NCBI RefSeq assembly: GCF_009914755.1
Contig: NC_060944.1
Origin: the human T2T-CHM13v2.0 reference genome, Homo sapiens
DNA: 64,000 bases
Strand: one strand, 5' to 3'
Below, in pieces: positions 16,699 through 30,601 of this stretch. Made by a program: the position numbers and the translations under genes. Numbering within the stretch: the first letter of the stretch is position 1; each line of letters opens with the position of its first letter. A model generated the notes under the pieces. The model saw only the letters and a program-made list of their open reading frames with translations, was not told the DNA's origin and searched no databases.

Positions 16699-17299
16699 CT
16701 AGGGTCAGAGTTGATTCTGGAGCCAAAGGAAGGAGCCAGCAGCTGGATGTGGCTGGCCCAACTCTGAGGGGCTTGGGTGCTGTCCAGGCACAAGAATATC
16801 TCCTTGTCTTTGGGATCTAGACTCAGAGATCCCACAGTAGGAGGCCTGTGTCCTGTAGAGGGACATCCTCTATAGGAAGTCTTTGATGAGCACATTCATT
16901 TGGCTTTTACACCTGAAAGGCCTCCTAACCTTTTGATGACCTTCGTGTTGATAGACAAAGCAGCCCAGGCTGTGAGTCCCCAAGAAGAAAACCCCAGCCC
17001 TGGTCTGCAGCTGCAAGGATCAAGGGCAGAGGGAGGTCTCCAGCAGGCTGTACAAAGCTCAAATAATTTTGAGCACTGCCCTGGAGCCTGGTGACAGGCT
17101 GGTCCAGGCCATGGCCTCCTGTGCCATCAAATGCCCTTTTCTTAACAAGGTTTCCTCATGCTAGGAACAGACACTTTTCTTTGGCCTGACCTCTCTCAGG
17201 GGCTCCTGCCTTGCGTACCCACCTGTGAGTACCACCATCCTTTTAGGCTGAATATGGTCAATGTTGATAATAATAAGTATACCAACAGCAATAACAATG

Positions 17300-17530
17300 T
17301 TATCAAAATTGCCATTTACTGTGTTTACTAAAAGGCATAGGACTTTACCCACATTATCTCATTTAATCCTCACAACAACCCTATGAGGAATGTACTATTA
17401 TTGACCCATTTTATAGACTGAGAAAAGGGCACAGAGAGGTAAAATAACTTCTCCTGGGTCTCACAGCCAGCAGAGGTAGTGCTGGGATTCAAATCAAAGC
17501 AGTCTGACCCTAGGATGGGTTCCATTAATG
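17300..17530 (-). mobile_element. MIR
   Basis: ATCTCATTTAATCCTCACAACAACCCTATGAGG. Confidence 0.85.
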
Positions 17531-17954
17531 GCGATGTGACACCAAGCTCTTGTTGGCTTTCTTCCCCAGTCGGCCTTTCCTCCCAAACTCCCTGCATCAG
17601 ATGTGGCTTCTCTGGGATCCCTGTCATTGGCTGTGGAACCTCAGAATCACCTCTGATACGTAGTTTGGCTTTGGTGACAGACAGATATGGGTTTGAGTCT
17701 TGACTCTGGCTCTTGTTGCTGTGTGGCCTGGAGGAAGGTGATCCTGCTCTCTGTTTCTTGGTCTCCAGGTGTGTGAAATGATCTGGCAATATCTGGTGGG
17801 CTTCTGTCATTGTCTGTCCAGTGCCTGTGCTTACTCTGAGAACTCTCTTCTCATCCCCATCCACAGGGCCATCATTGGGTTGCCACAGTCTTATATGACA
17901 TTGACACTGACATTGACTCTGACTATAAGACTGTGGCAACCCAGCAATTGCATG

Positions 17955-18305
<351 letters not shown>

Positions 18306-18686
18306 TGATTTGAGCTGGCCACAGTCCTTCCCCAGGACTTTTCAAGCCAAGCTTATGACAAACAGCTAGTTCCACTCCAGCAGTAATAACTATGAGATGG
18401 GAAGCTTGGAAGCGGTTAGCATCATGTTTACTTCAATATGGAAGAAGTTCACAGCAGAAGAAAAGATGACATGCTGAGAGCACAGAAATGAGAAGAGAGG
18501 GGTCTCTGGTCCTGGCTGTCCTGAGGCCATGCTCCTGAGGTCTGCCCCTCCCATAATTACCTGAGACCACAGCATTCTTCCAGTAATGCCCTGTTGAACC
18601 TAAGCTGAGGTTGAGAATACATGAGGGGCACTTAGCACATTAGATGGAAAAAGTAAGCCCTCAATAAGTGGTAACTATTATGACTA

Positions 18687-18977
<291 letters not shown>

Positions 18978-19002
18978 ATGATGACTATTATTAAGACAGC
19001 AC

Positions 19003-19208
19003 AAGCCTGGGCAACATGGCGAGACACCCACCTCCACAAAAAATGTTTTAAAAATTAGCCAGGTGTGGGGCGGACGCCTGTGGTCTCAGCTATTTGAGAG
19101 GTTGAGGTGAGAGGATCGCTTGAGCCCGGGAGGTTGAAGCTGCAGTGATTGTGATTGTGCCACTGCACTCCAGCCTAGGTGACAGAGCGAGACCCTGTCT
19201 CAAAAGAA
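19003..19208 (+). mobile_element. 5'-truncated AluJ
   Basis: AGCCTGGGCAACATGG...GGATCGCTTGAGCCCGGGAGG. Confidence 0.85.
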
Positions 19209-19948
19209 CAGAAGAGCACAGACTCAGCTCAAATTCACACCTTTAGAGGCAGTCGATGGAAGGAGAGAAGGTTAAATTCTATTTTCTGTATACACCACTG
19301 TGAGCTGTGGGGAGTCCAGGAAGCCTCCTCGGGAGGAGCTTGAGAGGAGGGTGGAAGACATCTTGGCAGGGGCTGGAATGAGGAGACAGGTCTTGCTGAA
19401 GCAAAGAGCTGGACAGTTTGAGGACTCAGCCCCGCCTCCCCTGGTCAAGGCCCTTAGAGGCATCTCTATCTGTTCCTTGCTGTCAGCACAGTGGTTTGTC
19501 CACAGGCCTGTGGACAGCCTCCTTTATAGAAGCCTCTTGCTGAGCACCAGGATAGAAGGATGAGAAAGACGTCAGCCATACCCGCATGGATGTGCAACAT
19601 GCCAGGGCAAAGCACAGAGGGTGGCAGGAAGACTTAGGAGGGGCATACCCAAAACTTGGGGAATCGAAGAGGGCTTTCTGGAGGGAATGACATCTAAGCA
19701 GTGACCTAGGAATGAATGATGATACTAGCTAATATCCATGAAGGACAGATTGCATGTGAGGTGTTTTAGATGTATTATCACCTTGAATGTAATACTCTCC
19801 GCCACCTTGAGAGGGAGGACTGATTATGCCCACTGAGCAGATTAGGTAACTGAGGCTCTGCTAGGTGAAGTGTTTCCTGGTCACACAGCTACAAAGCGGT
19901 GGAGCTTAGATTTGAGTTCAGCTCTGTCTACTATAAAGTGTGTTCTGG

Positions 19949-20224
19949 GGCCGGGCGTGGTGGCTCGTGCCTGTAATCCCAGCACTTTGGGAGGCCGAGG
20001 CGGGCAGATCACGAGGTCAGGATATCGAGACCATCCTGGCTAACATGGTGAAACCCCGTCTCTACTAAAAATACAAAAAAATTAGCCGGGTGTGGTGGCG
20101 GGCGCCTGTAGTCCCAGCTACTTGGGAGGCTGAGACAGGAGAATGGCGTGAACCAGGAAGCAGTGAGCTGAGATCATGCCACTGCACTCCAGCCTGGGTG
20201 ACAGAGCAAGACTCCGTCTCAAAA

Positions 20225-20264
<40 letters not shown>
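19949..20264 (+). mobile_element. AluY with an (AAAT)n tail, inserted in a MIR
   Basis: Y diagnostics ATCGAGACCATCCTGGCTAAC and GGCGTGAACC; TSD TAAAGTGTGTTCTG at 19934-19947 / 20265-20278. Confidence 0.92.
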
Positions 20265-20267
<3 letters not shown>

Positions 20268-22599
20268 AGTGTGTTCTGAACCACAGAAATGAGAGTAAAT
20301 GAGAGTCAGGGTGGGAAGCAGATCAACCCCTGCAGCTGGAACTAAGGAGATCTAGTTGAGTTGCTGGATAGGAGGCTACTGAAGCAGGCAGGGGCTGGGA
20401 CACATGAGGCCTTGCAGGCTGAGGGTGGGGGGAGTTTGTGCTTCATCTTGGGAGCAGCTGGATGACGGAAAAGGCCAGGGCTGGCTCTAGAACTCTACAA
20501 GGTAAGCATCCTGCCCACAGATGCAGACTGAAATGCTAGTGCATGAGCCTGTGGCCCATCCGCCCTGGGTGACAGGCTGCCTCCTGTGTCTCACCTGCCT
20601 GTTGCAGCCCCCCTCTTGTCCAGGCACTGGAGAGAAGGAGCCCAAGGACTCAGGCCCTCTTCATCTGGAGCGAGGAGCAAGCTGAGGATTCTCAGCCAAT
20701 CACCAAGCTGTCCCTAAATGAGCCATAATCACCCCTGATTGCTCCTTTGTCAGGCCGGCTCTCAGAGCCACTTCCATCTGAGGCTGTGGGGAGGGGCCCT
20801 TCAGACCAACGTGCACTGCTGGTTTCCTATTTTAGAATAAACATGTGGGGGGCGGGGGGCTGGGCACCTCCTGAGCTCTCAGAGATCCAAAAGGCAGGCA
20901 CAGATGAATGTGGGGGTGAACAGAACCAGTCCCCACAGTGGGCAGGAGTTTACAGCTGGTGAGCCACTTCTCTGGCCCTTGGGGCCAGATCATATCCCTA
21001 TTTGATGAATGAATAACAGGCTCAGAGAGGGATTAGTGTATTCGATCACAGAGTGCAGACAATGGAGCCAAAGGACCTTTCATTCATTCATTCACTCGCC
21101 AAATATGTATTGAGCACCTGCTATGTGTCAGGCACTGTGCTGGGTGTTCAATATAAACCCAGACCTTTTCCGATCATGACAACAATAACAATAGCCAGAG
21201 GTTATTGAGCACTTACTAAGTGCCAGGTGCTTCACTACCTACATTCCATGTGATGTCTCGTCAGTCCTCCCACCAGCACTGTGAAGTGGAGTGATGCAGG
21301 CATGCCAATGGGGCAGGAAGGGTTTCTCTCTGTCTCCATCCCAAAGGTTGGCATATGCCAAAGGTGACTCACAAACAGTGGCATTTGAAGGAGACAGGAA
21401 CTGAAGAGCTGAGGGGATGAGAGAAGGGGTCCAAAGAGGAGGGGTGGCTTCAAGGTGGTGACCACATGGTGACTGCAGGGGATCAGATCAAAGAACTCAC
21501 GCTGCAGAGGGCAGGAAGCCCAGGGAGCTGATTAGGTACAGCCACAGATTGCACTGTATTGAGAGATCCTGCTTAACGCGAGTAAAACCCTCCTCTATGC
21601 CTTCCTTTGAATGCTGTGTGCAGCTCCCAGCTCTGACCAGTTTAACAATGAATGACCCATCCCTTCTTCCCCCCGCTGGGGCACAGTTCTAGGGTGATCA
21701 TTTTTATCCCCATTTAATAGATGAGTAAACTGAAGCAGAGAGGCCGTGAGTCACCTGCCAAGGGTCACTCAACCAGCAATGGCAGAGTTGATTCCAGAGC
21801 TGAACCCTGAAGCAACGTCCGCCTCAGGCTGGTCCTAGACCCAGTGGTCATGAGTCTAGCCTGGGGACCCCTCGGTACTTGGCAGGCAGTGGATAAAACA
21901 ACCTCAGCCCCTCACTAAGAAACAGCAAGCCCCTCCCCCTCCTGCATCTCACCCTCCCCACGGCCCAGCTCCTCTCAGAGCTATTAACCAGGTCACGCTG
22001 GCTTGTCCCAGTCCAATAGTTCCCTTAATTGCCTTTTTATAGCACGTCGTACAACTGTTCATTACGCTGTCATATTTCCCCTCGAAGGCAGCAGTGGGGG
22101 AGCCAAACTGAGGACGGGGACCCATCCAGGTGGCAGGGGCTGTGTGTGGGGCACCAATGTGTGAAGCTTATTTTCTACTTGGTCAGAATGAATTAAATGC
22201 ATGCTTCTCACCCTTGAGTAATACAGGAACCACGTTTAAAGGGGAAAAAAGTCACAGCCCCCTGTCAACAATTGACAAATTATCTTTATTACAATTTTAT
22301 GAAAATATGTACAGACAGAAAGCTAGCTCTACACAATTGGAAAAGCGGAGACAATATACCATTGCAACAAAAACAAAGCCTCAATATCAGACATTTCAAA
22401 AGAACACGAATAATTTAACGTGATGGATAGTGTGTAGGTGAAATGAAATCGCACTTGCACAGTGAATATGGTTCAGCATTTAGCCCCCCTCTGTTCTTTT
22501 GTCATAAGGCCCATAACAATTAAAGCAGTATTTGGTCATCCAGGAGACCTAGAATCCGCTGGTAGGTTTTTTAGATATAAAATAATATAATATAAAATT

Positions 22600-22905
<306 letters not shown>

Positions 22906-22988
22906 TAATATAATATAAAATTAACCAATTCTGAGAGAGAGCTCTCACAGCCTAGGTTGAGAAACAATAAATGTGTCCCGGGAGCCTC

Positions 22989-23267
22989 TTTTTTGAGATG
23001 TAGTCTTGCTCTGTTGCCCAGGCTGGAGTGCAGTGATGCAATCTCGGCTCACTGCAAAGTCCACCTCCCGGGTTCAAGTGATTCTTATGCCTCAGCCTCC
23101 TGAGTAGCTGGGACTATAGGCACACACCACCAATTTTTGTATTTTTAGTAGAGACGGGCTTTCGCCACGTTGGCCAGGCTGGTCTCAAACTCCTAACCTC
23201 AGGTGATCTGCCTGCCTTGGCCTCCCAAAGTGCTGGAATTATAGGTGTGACCCACTGCACCAGACCA
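22989..23267 (-). mobile_element. AluS
   Basis: Antisense Alu with a short internal deletion. Confidence 0.9.
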
Positions 23268-23639
23268 AGCCTTTATCAGCTGTGCAGGTCTAAGACATCC
23301 TATGGGGAAGAGCCATGTGTTCTTGGGGCTGGAAAGCCAGGATACAGGGCCCAGACCACTGAGGCCAGATCTCACCCAGACTTTAATGAAATCCACAAGG
23401 TCTTCCGAGAGCACCTACTATGTACCTGGCCCTATGCCTCCCACCTCCCTGTCCCAGGAGTTGCCTCAGTAGTCAAGAGGGAGACAGGGGTGCCTCAGAA
23501 TAGATGTATATACCAGTCAGTGCAGGGAGCATTCTTGGGAACTGACACAAAGAGGTGTTTGGCCACGGGGAGTCAGATCTGGATTGCAGTGCTTCTCTGG
23601 AGCCCAGAGACCCAAGCCCTGCCCTGCAGACTCACCTAG

Positions 23640-23890
23640 AGTGCTGAGGTTATAAGGACAGCTCTGATCCTGGGTTCGACTCCTGAATCCGCCACTACCT
23701 AGCTGTGAGACCATGGGCAAGTCACTTAACCTCTTTACATTCCAGGGTCCTCACCTATAAACTAAACATAAAACCAACCCATGCTCATGGAGATAGTGAG
23801 AGGCTTGTCCATGATGTTGTGACACAGGGAAAGGAAGCACTTAGCTTAGAACCTAGCAGAGAATAAGCATTTGGTAAATGTTAGTGTTGA
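23640..23890 (+). mobile_element. MIR
   Basis: CCTGGGTTCGACTCC...GCTGTGAGACCATGGGCAAGTCACTTAACCTCT. Confidence 0.75.
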
Positions 23891-24126
23891 TATCTTTCCC
23901 GATTCCAGCTCTCAACAGAATTTGAAGAGAACAAAAATGTCTAGATTGGGCTTTTAGGCTGGAGGCCATGGACTCACCATGGGTGGGCTTAGGGATATGA
24001 AACCTTGTGCAATATTGTGTGTGTGTTTCTAGAAGAAGGATCTGCAGCCTCACCAGATGTCCACGGGGGCTGTGACCTAGAAAAATCTTTGGTCGCTGAG
24101 CTAGGTCAGGGCTGGCAGAACCACTC

Positions 24127-24555
24127 AGTCTTAGCTCAGGCTGCCATGATAAAGTGACAAAGCCTGAGTGGCTTCAGCAACAGAAACACATCTTCTAACA
24201 GTTCTGGAGGCTGGAAGTCCCAGATCATGGTCCAGCAGGATTGGTTTCTGGGGAGGGCTTGCTTCCTAGCTTGTAGACAGCTGCCTTCTCCTTGTGTCCT
24301 CATGTGGCAGAGAGAGAGAGAGAATGAGAGTGAAAGAGAGACACAGAGAGAGAGAGAGTGAAGAGAGAGAGAAATCAAGAGAGAGGACACTCTAGTGTCT
24401 CTTCTTATAAGGACACTGATCCTATCAGATTGGCATCCCACCATTTTTACCTCATTTAACTTTAATCACTTCTATAGAGGCATCTCCAAATACAGTCACA
24501 TTGAGGGGGAGGGCTTCAACATATGGATTTGGGGGTCATAATTCAGTCCATAGCA
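24127..24555 (-). mobile_element. MLT1A-family MaLR solo LTR
   Basis: Minus strand starts TGCTATGGACTGAAT; ACAGTTCTGGAGGCTGGAAGTCC; CTTCTTATAAGGACACT. Confidence 0.85.
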
Positions 24556-26761
24556 GTCAGTGAGATAGATTATTCTAGATCTCGGTGGAGGCAGGTTTTG
24601 ACCAGCAAAGGCTGACCCTTGAGGCTTCTAACTAAAGCAAGGACCACCTGCAGCTCCCCTGGCCCCAGTGATCATCACTCCTCCCAACCGTCCTCTTCCC
24701 TGCTTATGCCCATCCAATTATCCACTTCTCCAAGTCCATTCCTGCAGGCCCTGCCTGCAGCCTCCTAAGATGACAGTGGGCTAGTCTCAGGATTGTGAGA
24801 ATTTAAGGAAACAATCCTGAGAGTGTACTTTCAGCAGTGCCTGGCACACAGAGAGCACTCAGTAAAGGCGAGCTCTGCACCTAGAGAGTGTAGGAGGTCA
24901 GACACACAGCCCGTTTGCACTGCTGGAGCCCAGGATCCCTGTCCCAGGGTTTGCTGGAATCAGAGCCCCCAACACAGCTGTCTCTCCCAGTTATAACCAG
25001 TGACCCACAGATTCCTAGAGACCTAGAATCTGCTGGTAGTTTCTGAGTGTTCTTGCAAGGAATCCCTGAATCTGGATGTGCATCCCAAGGCTTAGATTAA
25101 CAAAAATCACATCTCACACACCTATGTAGGACTGACTTTCAATTACATAAAAGATGATGTGAGCACAAAAGACAAATCCATTCAGAAGAGCTACAGTATT
25201 CATAATTCAGACCTGGATTTTGGCTGTTGTGTGTTTCTTCAGAGGGGGGAAATGGCTTTGTAACATTGACTTAATTCATCTCCATGAATGAGCATCTAAT
25301 GTGTGCTGGGAACACAGTGGGGAATACGGCTGACATGCCCCTGCTTCCCAGCATAACTGAAGCTGTGTTCTCAGGAAAGGGCAGGAACCATTGGTCTAAC
25401 CCACCAAGTCAGGTCCAGGGCCCCTCCTTCAGTTCTAGGTAGCTTCTGGTTTTAAAGGCTGCTGAGGGCAAGACCTGGGTCCTCATGTCTCCCGCTCTCT
25501 GACCCCTTCTCAGAGCTGTCAGCCCAGAAAGCATGAACCTTGAACCCCAGAAGTCATGAAATGCAGCCTCCCATACCCTGAGGCAGGACTTCTCTAGACC
25601 TTGTCTCTGATAGGACATCCAGCCTCTGCCTGGACACCTCTGGAGATGGGATGCTCATTATGTGTGCAAGGAAAACTGCTACTACATACACAGTCATGAA
25701 TGTATTTTAATATGTCTTACCCTGAGCTCACAGGGGCAGCACCTACATGGTCAATGGCCCCACCTGATTTGTCCCATTGAAGGGAGAAGAATCAGGGTCT
25801 TTGTTCCATGCATAGGCTCCCACCTGGCTCCTCAGCCTTGCTGCGCCTCTCCTCCCTTGTGCCCAGGGACACAGCATCAGGAAATTGGGTTTTGATTTGG
25901 GGAAAGGTGAACATGGCTCCCTCCAGCTATAGGAAAACCTCACCAATGTCCCAGCCCCAGGATACTTGGGGGTGGGAGTGGTTTATGAAGCCAGTGCCTG
26001 TCCCCTCAGCAGGAAAAGACTTGCAAGGCTGACTTTGCTCTGGAAAAGGAGGGCTCTGAGCTACAGGGGAGGGGGAGGGGGCTATCTGTGATCATTCAGC
26101 CCCGAAATGATGCTCATGATGTTGGCTTTCCAGGCCATTAATTCAAGGGCTCCATGCCTCCCCTTCCCCCATGGTGCTGTCTGCTCTGGGAGATAAGCCC
26201 AGTTCTATTTAACCCTATTTATTCCCCCAAAGTGACTCCCATCTCTGTTAGCCAGGCATTTAACCCCCTGGGTACTGAAGGCATCAAAGGCAGAGAGATT
26301 GAGCTCATGTGTCAGGAAGGGGTGCGTGCATTTCACCTGGGCCCTGGCTTCAGGGAATCCGATCCAGGTCCTTCCTAATCCAAACTCCTCATCTGGAAGT
26401 CCTTGCTTCACAAGGCTTGGTGGAAGTCCTGAGAGAAGGTAGGAACCTGTGTGGCCCTGGCAGGAGAGACCCTCTGACACCCCCAGGTTGGGTAGCGACA
26501 GCTCCTGCTCTCTCCCCACATACCCTCCCAGTCCCTAGTTTCTTAGTCACAAGATCTGGGTTCTGGCATCAGCAAAAGAGAAAGGCTGTGGCATCTCTGC
26601 CTCTTTTGTGTCCCACTGGCTGGTGGCTGCATTCAGCAAGCCCTCTTCCATCTCCATCTCCCTGCTTGGTCCTTTTTACGTCCCCTGCCCCTTTCTGCCC
26701 TTTGTTCTCTCCTCTTTTCCCCTTCAGTGATCACACAAGAGTAGTCCTGACTACTCGTCTC

Positions 26762-26762
<1 letters not shown>

Positions 26763-26797
<35 letters not shown>
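26763..26797. repeat. (GT)17 microsatellite within a degenerate TG-rich tract
   Basis: Seventeen perfect GT units. Confidence 0.95.
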
Positions 26798-26798
<1 letters not shown>

Positions 26799-27469
26799 TT
26801 TCTTGTGTCTGGGGGCTTGTCAGTGTGTGTGTGTGTTTACCTGTTCTTGCACTGCTGTGTGTCTGAGCCTGTTATCCAGGTGCCTCTGCCCATGCAGAGG
26901 GACCCACCAGTGTCTGTCCTGATTTCTTTGTGTGGCAGGCAGTCTTAGTACAAATCTTGCATGTGTCTGTCTGTGTGCTGGCCTGTTCATGACCTGTGTG
27001 TTGCTCTGTCAATGTATTAGAATGCTCTGTTCAATCTACTAGAATCTCTATGTTGTCCTCATGTTTTTGTACATCTATCCATCGGCTTGTCATGCTCTGT
27101 GTGAATGTATGTGTGTGTTGTGCTTCAACTCAGGGGACCAGTCTACTGCAAAATCCTCTCCTAGGGAACCCTTCCAGAGGAGCTATTTGGGAGAATTTGG
27201 AGGTTGATGGCTTCGCCAGGGCAGAGCCCAGCTCACTACCAGCAAGGGAAGTCATCCTGTTGGTCTCCTGGGCTCTTCCCTCTCCCTGCTCCTGACCTCC
27301 CTCCCCTTCTCTCCAGGTCAGCTTGCGACTGTGAGGAGCAGGGACAGAGAGCTTCAAAGACAGAAGAGCGTACATTCCAACTCACTCAACCCCCAGATCC
27401 AATCGCAGGCTTTTTCTTGTGCACTCCCATTTCCACCCCCAGCCCCACAACGAGAACTGGCTGTTGAGT

Positions 27470-27685
27470 ATAGTCACTACAACAATCACAAAATAATTGC
27501 TATCACGTATTGGGCATGCAGCACCTGTTAAGCATTTCATATATGAGATCTCATTGAATTTTCTCAATAATTCTATGAGGCCGTTATTCTTATTTTCACA
27601 TTTTAGAGATGAGGAAATGGAAGCTAGGAGAAGTCAAGGAAGTAGTCAATGTCATAGAATTAGTATGTGATGGGGTAGAATTATT
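27470..27685 (-). mobile_element. MIR
   Basis: CATTTTAGAGATGAGGAAATGGAAGCT. Confidence 0.7.
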
Positions 27686-27959
27686 CAATAAAGTGTGGGT
27701 TGTTTGAGAGTTTGCCACACCTGCCTTCAGCCTGGGAAGAGGCATTTATTACAAACAGCAGGAAAGGAGGGAAATATGGGAATTCCTTTCCCAACTGCTG
27801 GCATCTAATTATAGCCAGCGGGACTAGAATCTGATTTTGAATTTCATCTCTTTGGACAATGAGGTGGCCAAATACCAAACGACAACCAGGGAGAAATGAT
27901 GTAAGGACAAGACGAGGTAGTGCAGGGCAAGGCATGCTGGAAAGAGCCTTAGGATTCCT

Positions 27960-28100
27960 GGGGGTTCTAGCCTGGCTTTAACCTGGATTCTGTGTGACCT
28001 TGGGCAGGACACTTCCTTGCTCAGGCCTGAGTTTTCTTGTCTGTAAAACTAGGATAAATGTGAGGTTCTGTTGGGATGTTTGGGGGAGGTTTAAACATTG
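27960..28100 (+). mobile_element. MIR
   Basis: CTGTGTGACCTTGGGCAGG...GTTTTCTTGTCTGTAAAA. Confidence 0.7.
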
Positions 28101-30571
28101 CAGAAAGGAAAATTGGACTCAGGGCTTTCTAAGTTCCCTCCTAGACCCAAGAATTGGAGTGGGGAGTATAGGAAGAGACTATGCTTGTGTCATCTTGACA
28201 ATTCCTGGAATAGCCAGAACAGAATCACGTGCACAGGAAGGGCTGTGAAAAGGTTCACTGAATGAAGGAATAAATGACCCCATCTCTCACTGATGAAAAA
28301 ACGTCACAGCCCACTTTAGACTCACTTGTCAGAGAAGGCATCAGTGGCCATCCTAAGGTCTGGGTGTAATGCTGTGGAGGAGGCACTGGGGAATCCTACA
28401 AAGACCCAGCCTCTGCCCAGATCATCTCCTGTGGGCCAAAGAATTTCACCAGAAACAGAAGGGGAGAGGATGGCAATTAGGATGTGGAGATCTTTGTCTA
28501 TAGGAATCTGTAGGGAAAATTCTCTCTCTCTGTCTTTCCTGTATCTGAGAATTGGGGTGGGCCGAGGCTCTCCGTATAGGGCAAATTTCGGATGGGGGAT
28601 CGCTTCTATTTAGAAGCCTCCTTGGAGGAGAGGATCTCTGTGTTTGGAGGAAGAATCTCTTTCCTGTCTTTGTTCTGGGTCCTGTCATGACTTGGAGTGT
28701 CTGTATTTGGAGGACGGTTCTATAGAGGGGTCTTTTTTTGTTTTGTTTTTTGTTTTGCTTTGTTTTGTTTTGTTTTTTGGTCTTAGTAGCTGGAGGCTAA
28801 GAAGAGGATTTCTGTCTTGGTTTCCACCAGGCAGGAGCTAGGGGCTTTCCAGAGCTTCTGGGGAAATTAAGGGGGTACCTGGGGAGAGGTTAGGAGCATC
28901 TCTGTCCAATGTGGTGGAGGTTCCCTATCTGGAGAGAAGCCTCCTCCGGGAGACTGGGAGGGGCTTGGGATGGGAGGAGGTGGCAGGAGGCGGGAGGGTG
29001 TAGAGAGGGAAGCCTGTCTTGTCCTGGCAGCTCCAACTCTCTGGCCAAAGCCCTCGGGCCGCCCTACTTGTGCGCTGACGTGAGCTAATCTAGAAATACT
29101 GCAGAGAAAGAGTGGCTGGGGTTCCCAGGGAGAAAGGGCCTCGAGAGAGGGGAGATGGGGAGCTGCTTCCTTTTTTGTTTCCTTCGGTTTTTCCGTCCGC
29201 CCCCGCCCCCACTTCCAGTCACAGCCGCTACTTCTCCATTCAGGCTGGGACTGCCAGGTGGAGCCCTGCGGTTTACTGCTCAGGAGGAGCCCGGCCAGGA
29301 CATCAGCTGGGGACTTACGCAGGGACCCATTCAGAGCAGCGGACCCTCACGGAGACTACTACAAAGGGACTAACACAGGCACGAACGCAGGCAACCCCAT
29401 TCGGGAACACATACGTAATCCAACACACTAGCTCTGGCACACACACTGGAATGCGCGCAAAACCACACAGACACAGAACACACGCGGTTACCAAACCTCA
29501 TTCTCAGAGGCCACACTGATCCAACCTCAAGCAGAGTCTGATACAGCATCGGTCTTTGTCTCTGGGTCTCTCCCTTACTCGCGCTCACACACCCGTACCC
29601 CAATCAACACAAACAGCCCAAGCTTTCACAGCCTGGAGGCGGCCGTCGGAGCAGGGCCCCAGCGCACCGCGAGCCTCTGCTTCCTCCGCCTTGCAGCGCC
29701 GCGAGCCCTTCTTTCCTCCGCGCCTGGCCCCGTCTGCGCCCCTCTCGGCGTGGGCATTCGCAGACCCGCTAGGAGGCTGACGAGAGGTGTCCTCATAGAG
29801 TCCTGCCTTCTTCCAGACCCCCAAACGAAAAGAAAGAGAAAAGCCAACCTTTCGCCTCCATTCTGCACGCATTTGGAGAGCGGCTGGTGGCGAGCGATCC
29901 GCACAATCGCTTCCCTCGCGGCGTCCCTGGACGGGCGGAGAGAACCCGGGTGACTGAGCCTGAGGCTGAGCTTCCTTGGGAGCGATCCATGCCAGCCACT
30001 TCTACCTTCAAGGGGGACTCGCGGCCGGGTTTACGCGCGAAGGATGGGTGCCAGGGAAACTGACTTATAGACGACCCGCTCCGCGAGAGACTGACAACTC
30101 AGTCCTGCGGGCTTTCGGGGCGCCCAGACCAGTCCTTAGCCAGAGGATCTGGGGCTGCACAGCTCCCGGACCCTGGAGGGGGTGGTCCGGGGGTGGGAGA
30201 CTGCGAGCATCAGCCCACGCCGGCCCCCTCCCACCCTGCGGCGGCGAGGTGGGAAGGGCCAGGATGCGAGCTTAGCACCTCCCCTAGAAATGCAGCACTT
30301 CGCCCCCCCACCTCCCCTGCCCTCGGCGCTCCCTCTTTCACGCGCTCCCTCCCGCCTCCTTCCCAAGGGCGCCCTTCTTCTGCCCCCAGCTCACGTCTGA
30401 ATCCCTCGGCGCCCCCTTTCTCTTCTCCTAGCCCCTTCCTCACGTCCCCTGCCTCCGGGTATTTCCTCTCTCCAATCCCCCACCCCCGCACCGCCTGATT
30501 CCGAGGGGCGGGAGCGCATTGGGCTGCGCACGGGTGGGGGCGCCGCGCCAGCTTCGCGTAGCTGCTCTGAC

Positions 30572-30601
30572 GCCGCTGCCGCCGCCGCCGCCGCCGCCGC
30601 C
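30572..30601 (+). repeat. GCC GCT (GCC)8 trinucleotide tract
   Basis: Pure (GCC)8 at 30578-30601; a second tract GCC ACC ACC (GCC)4 at 30647-30667. Confidence 0.92.
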
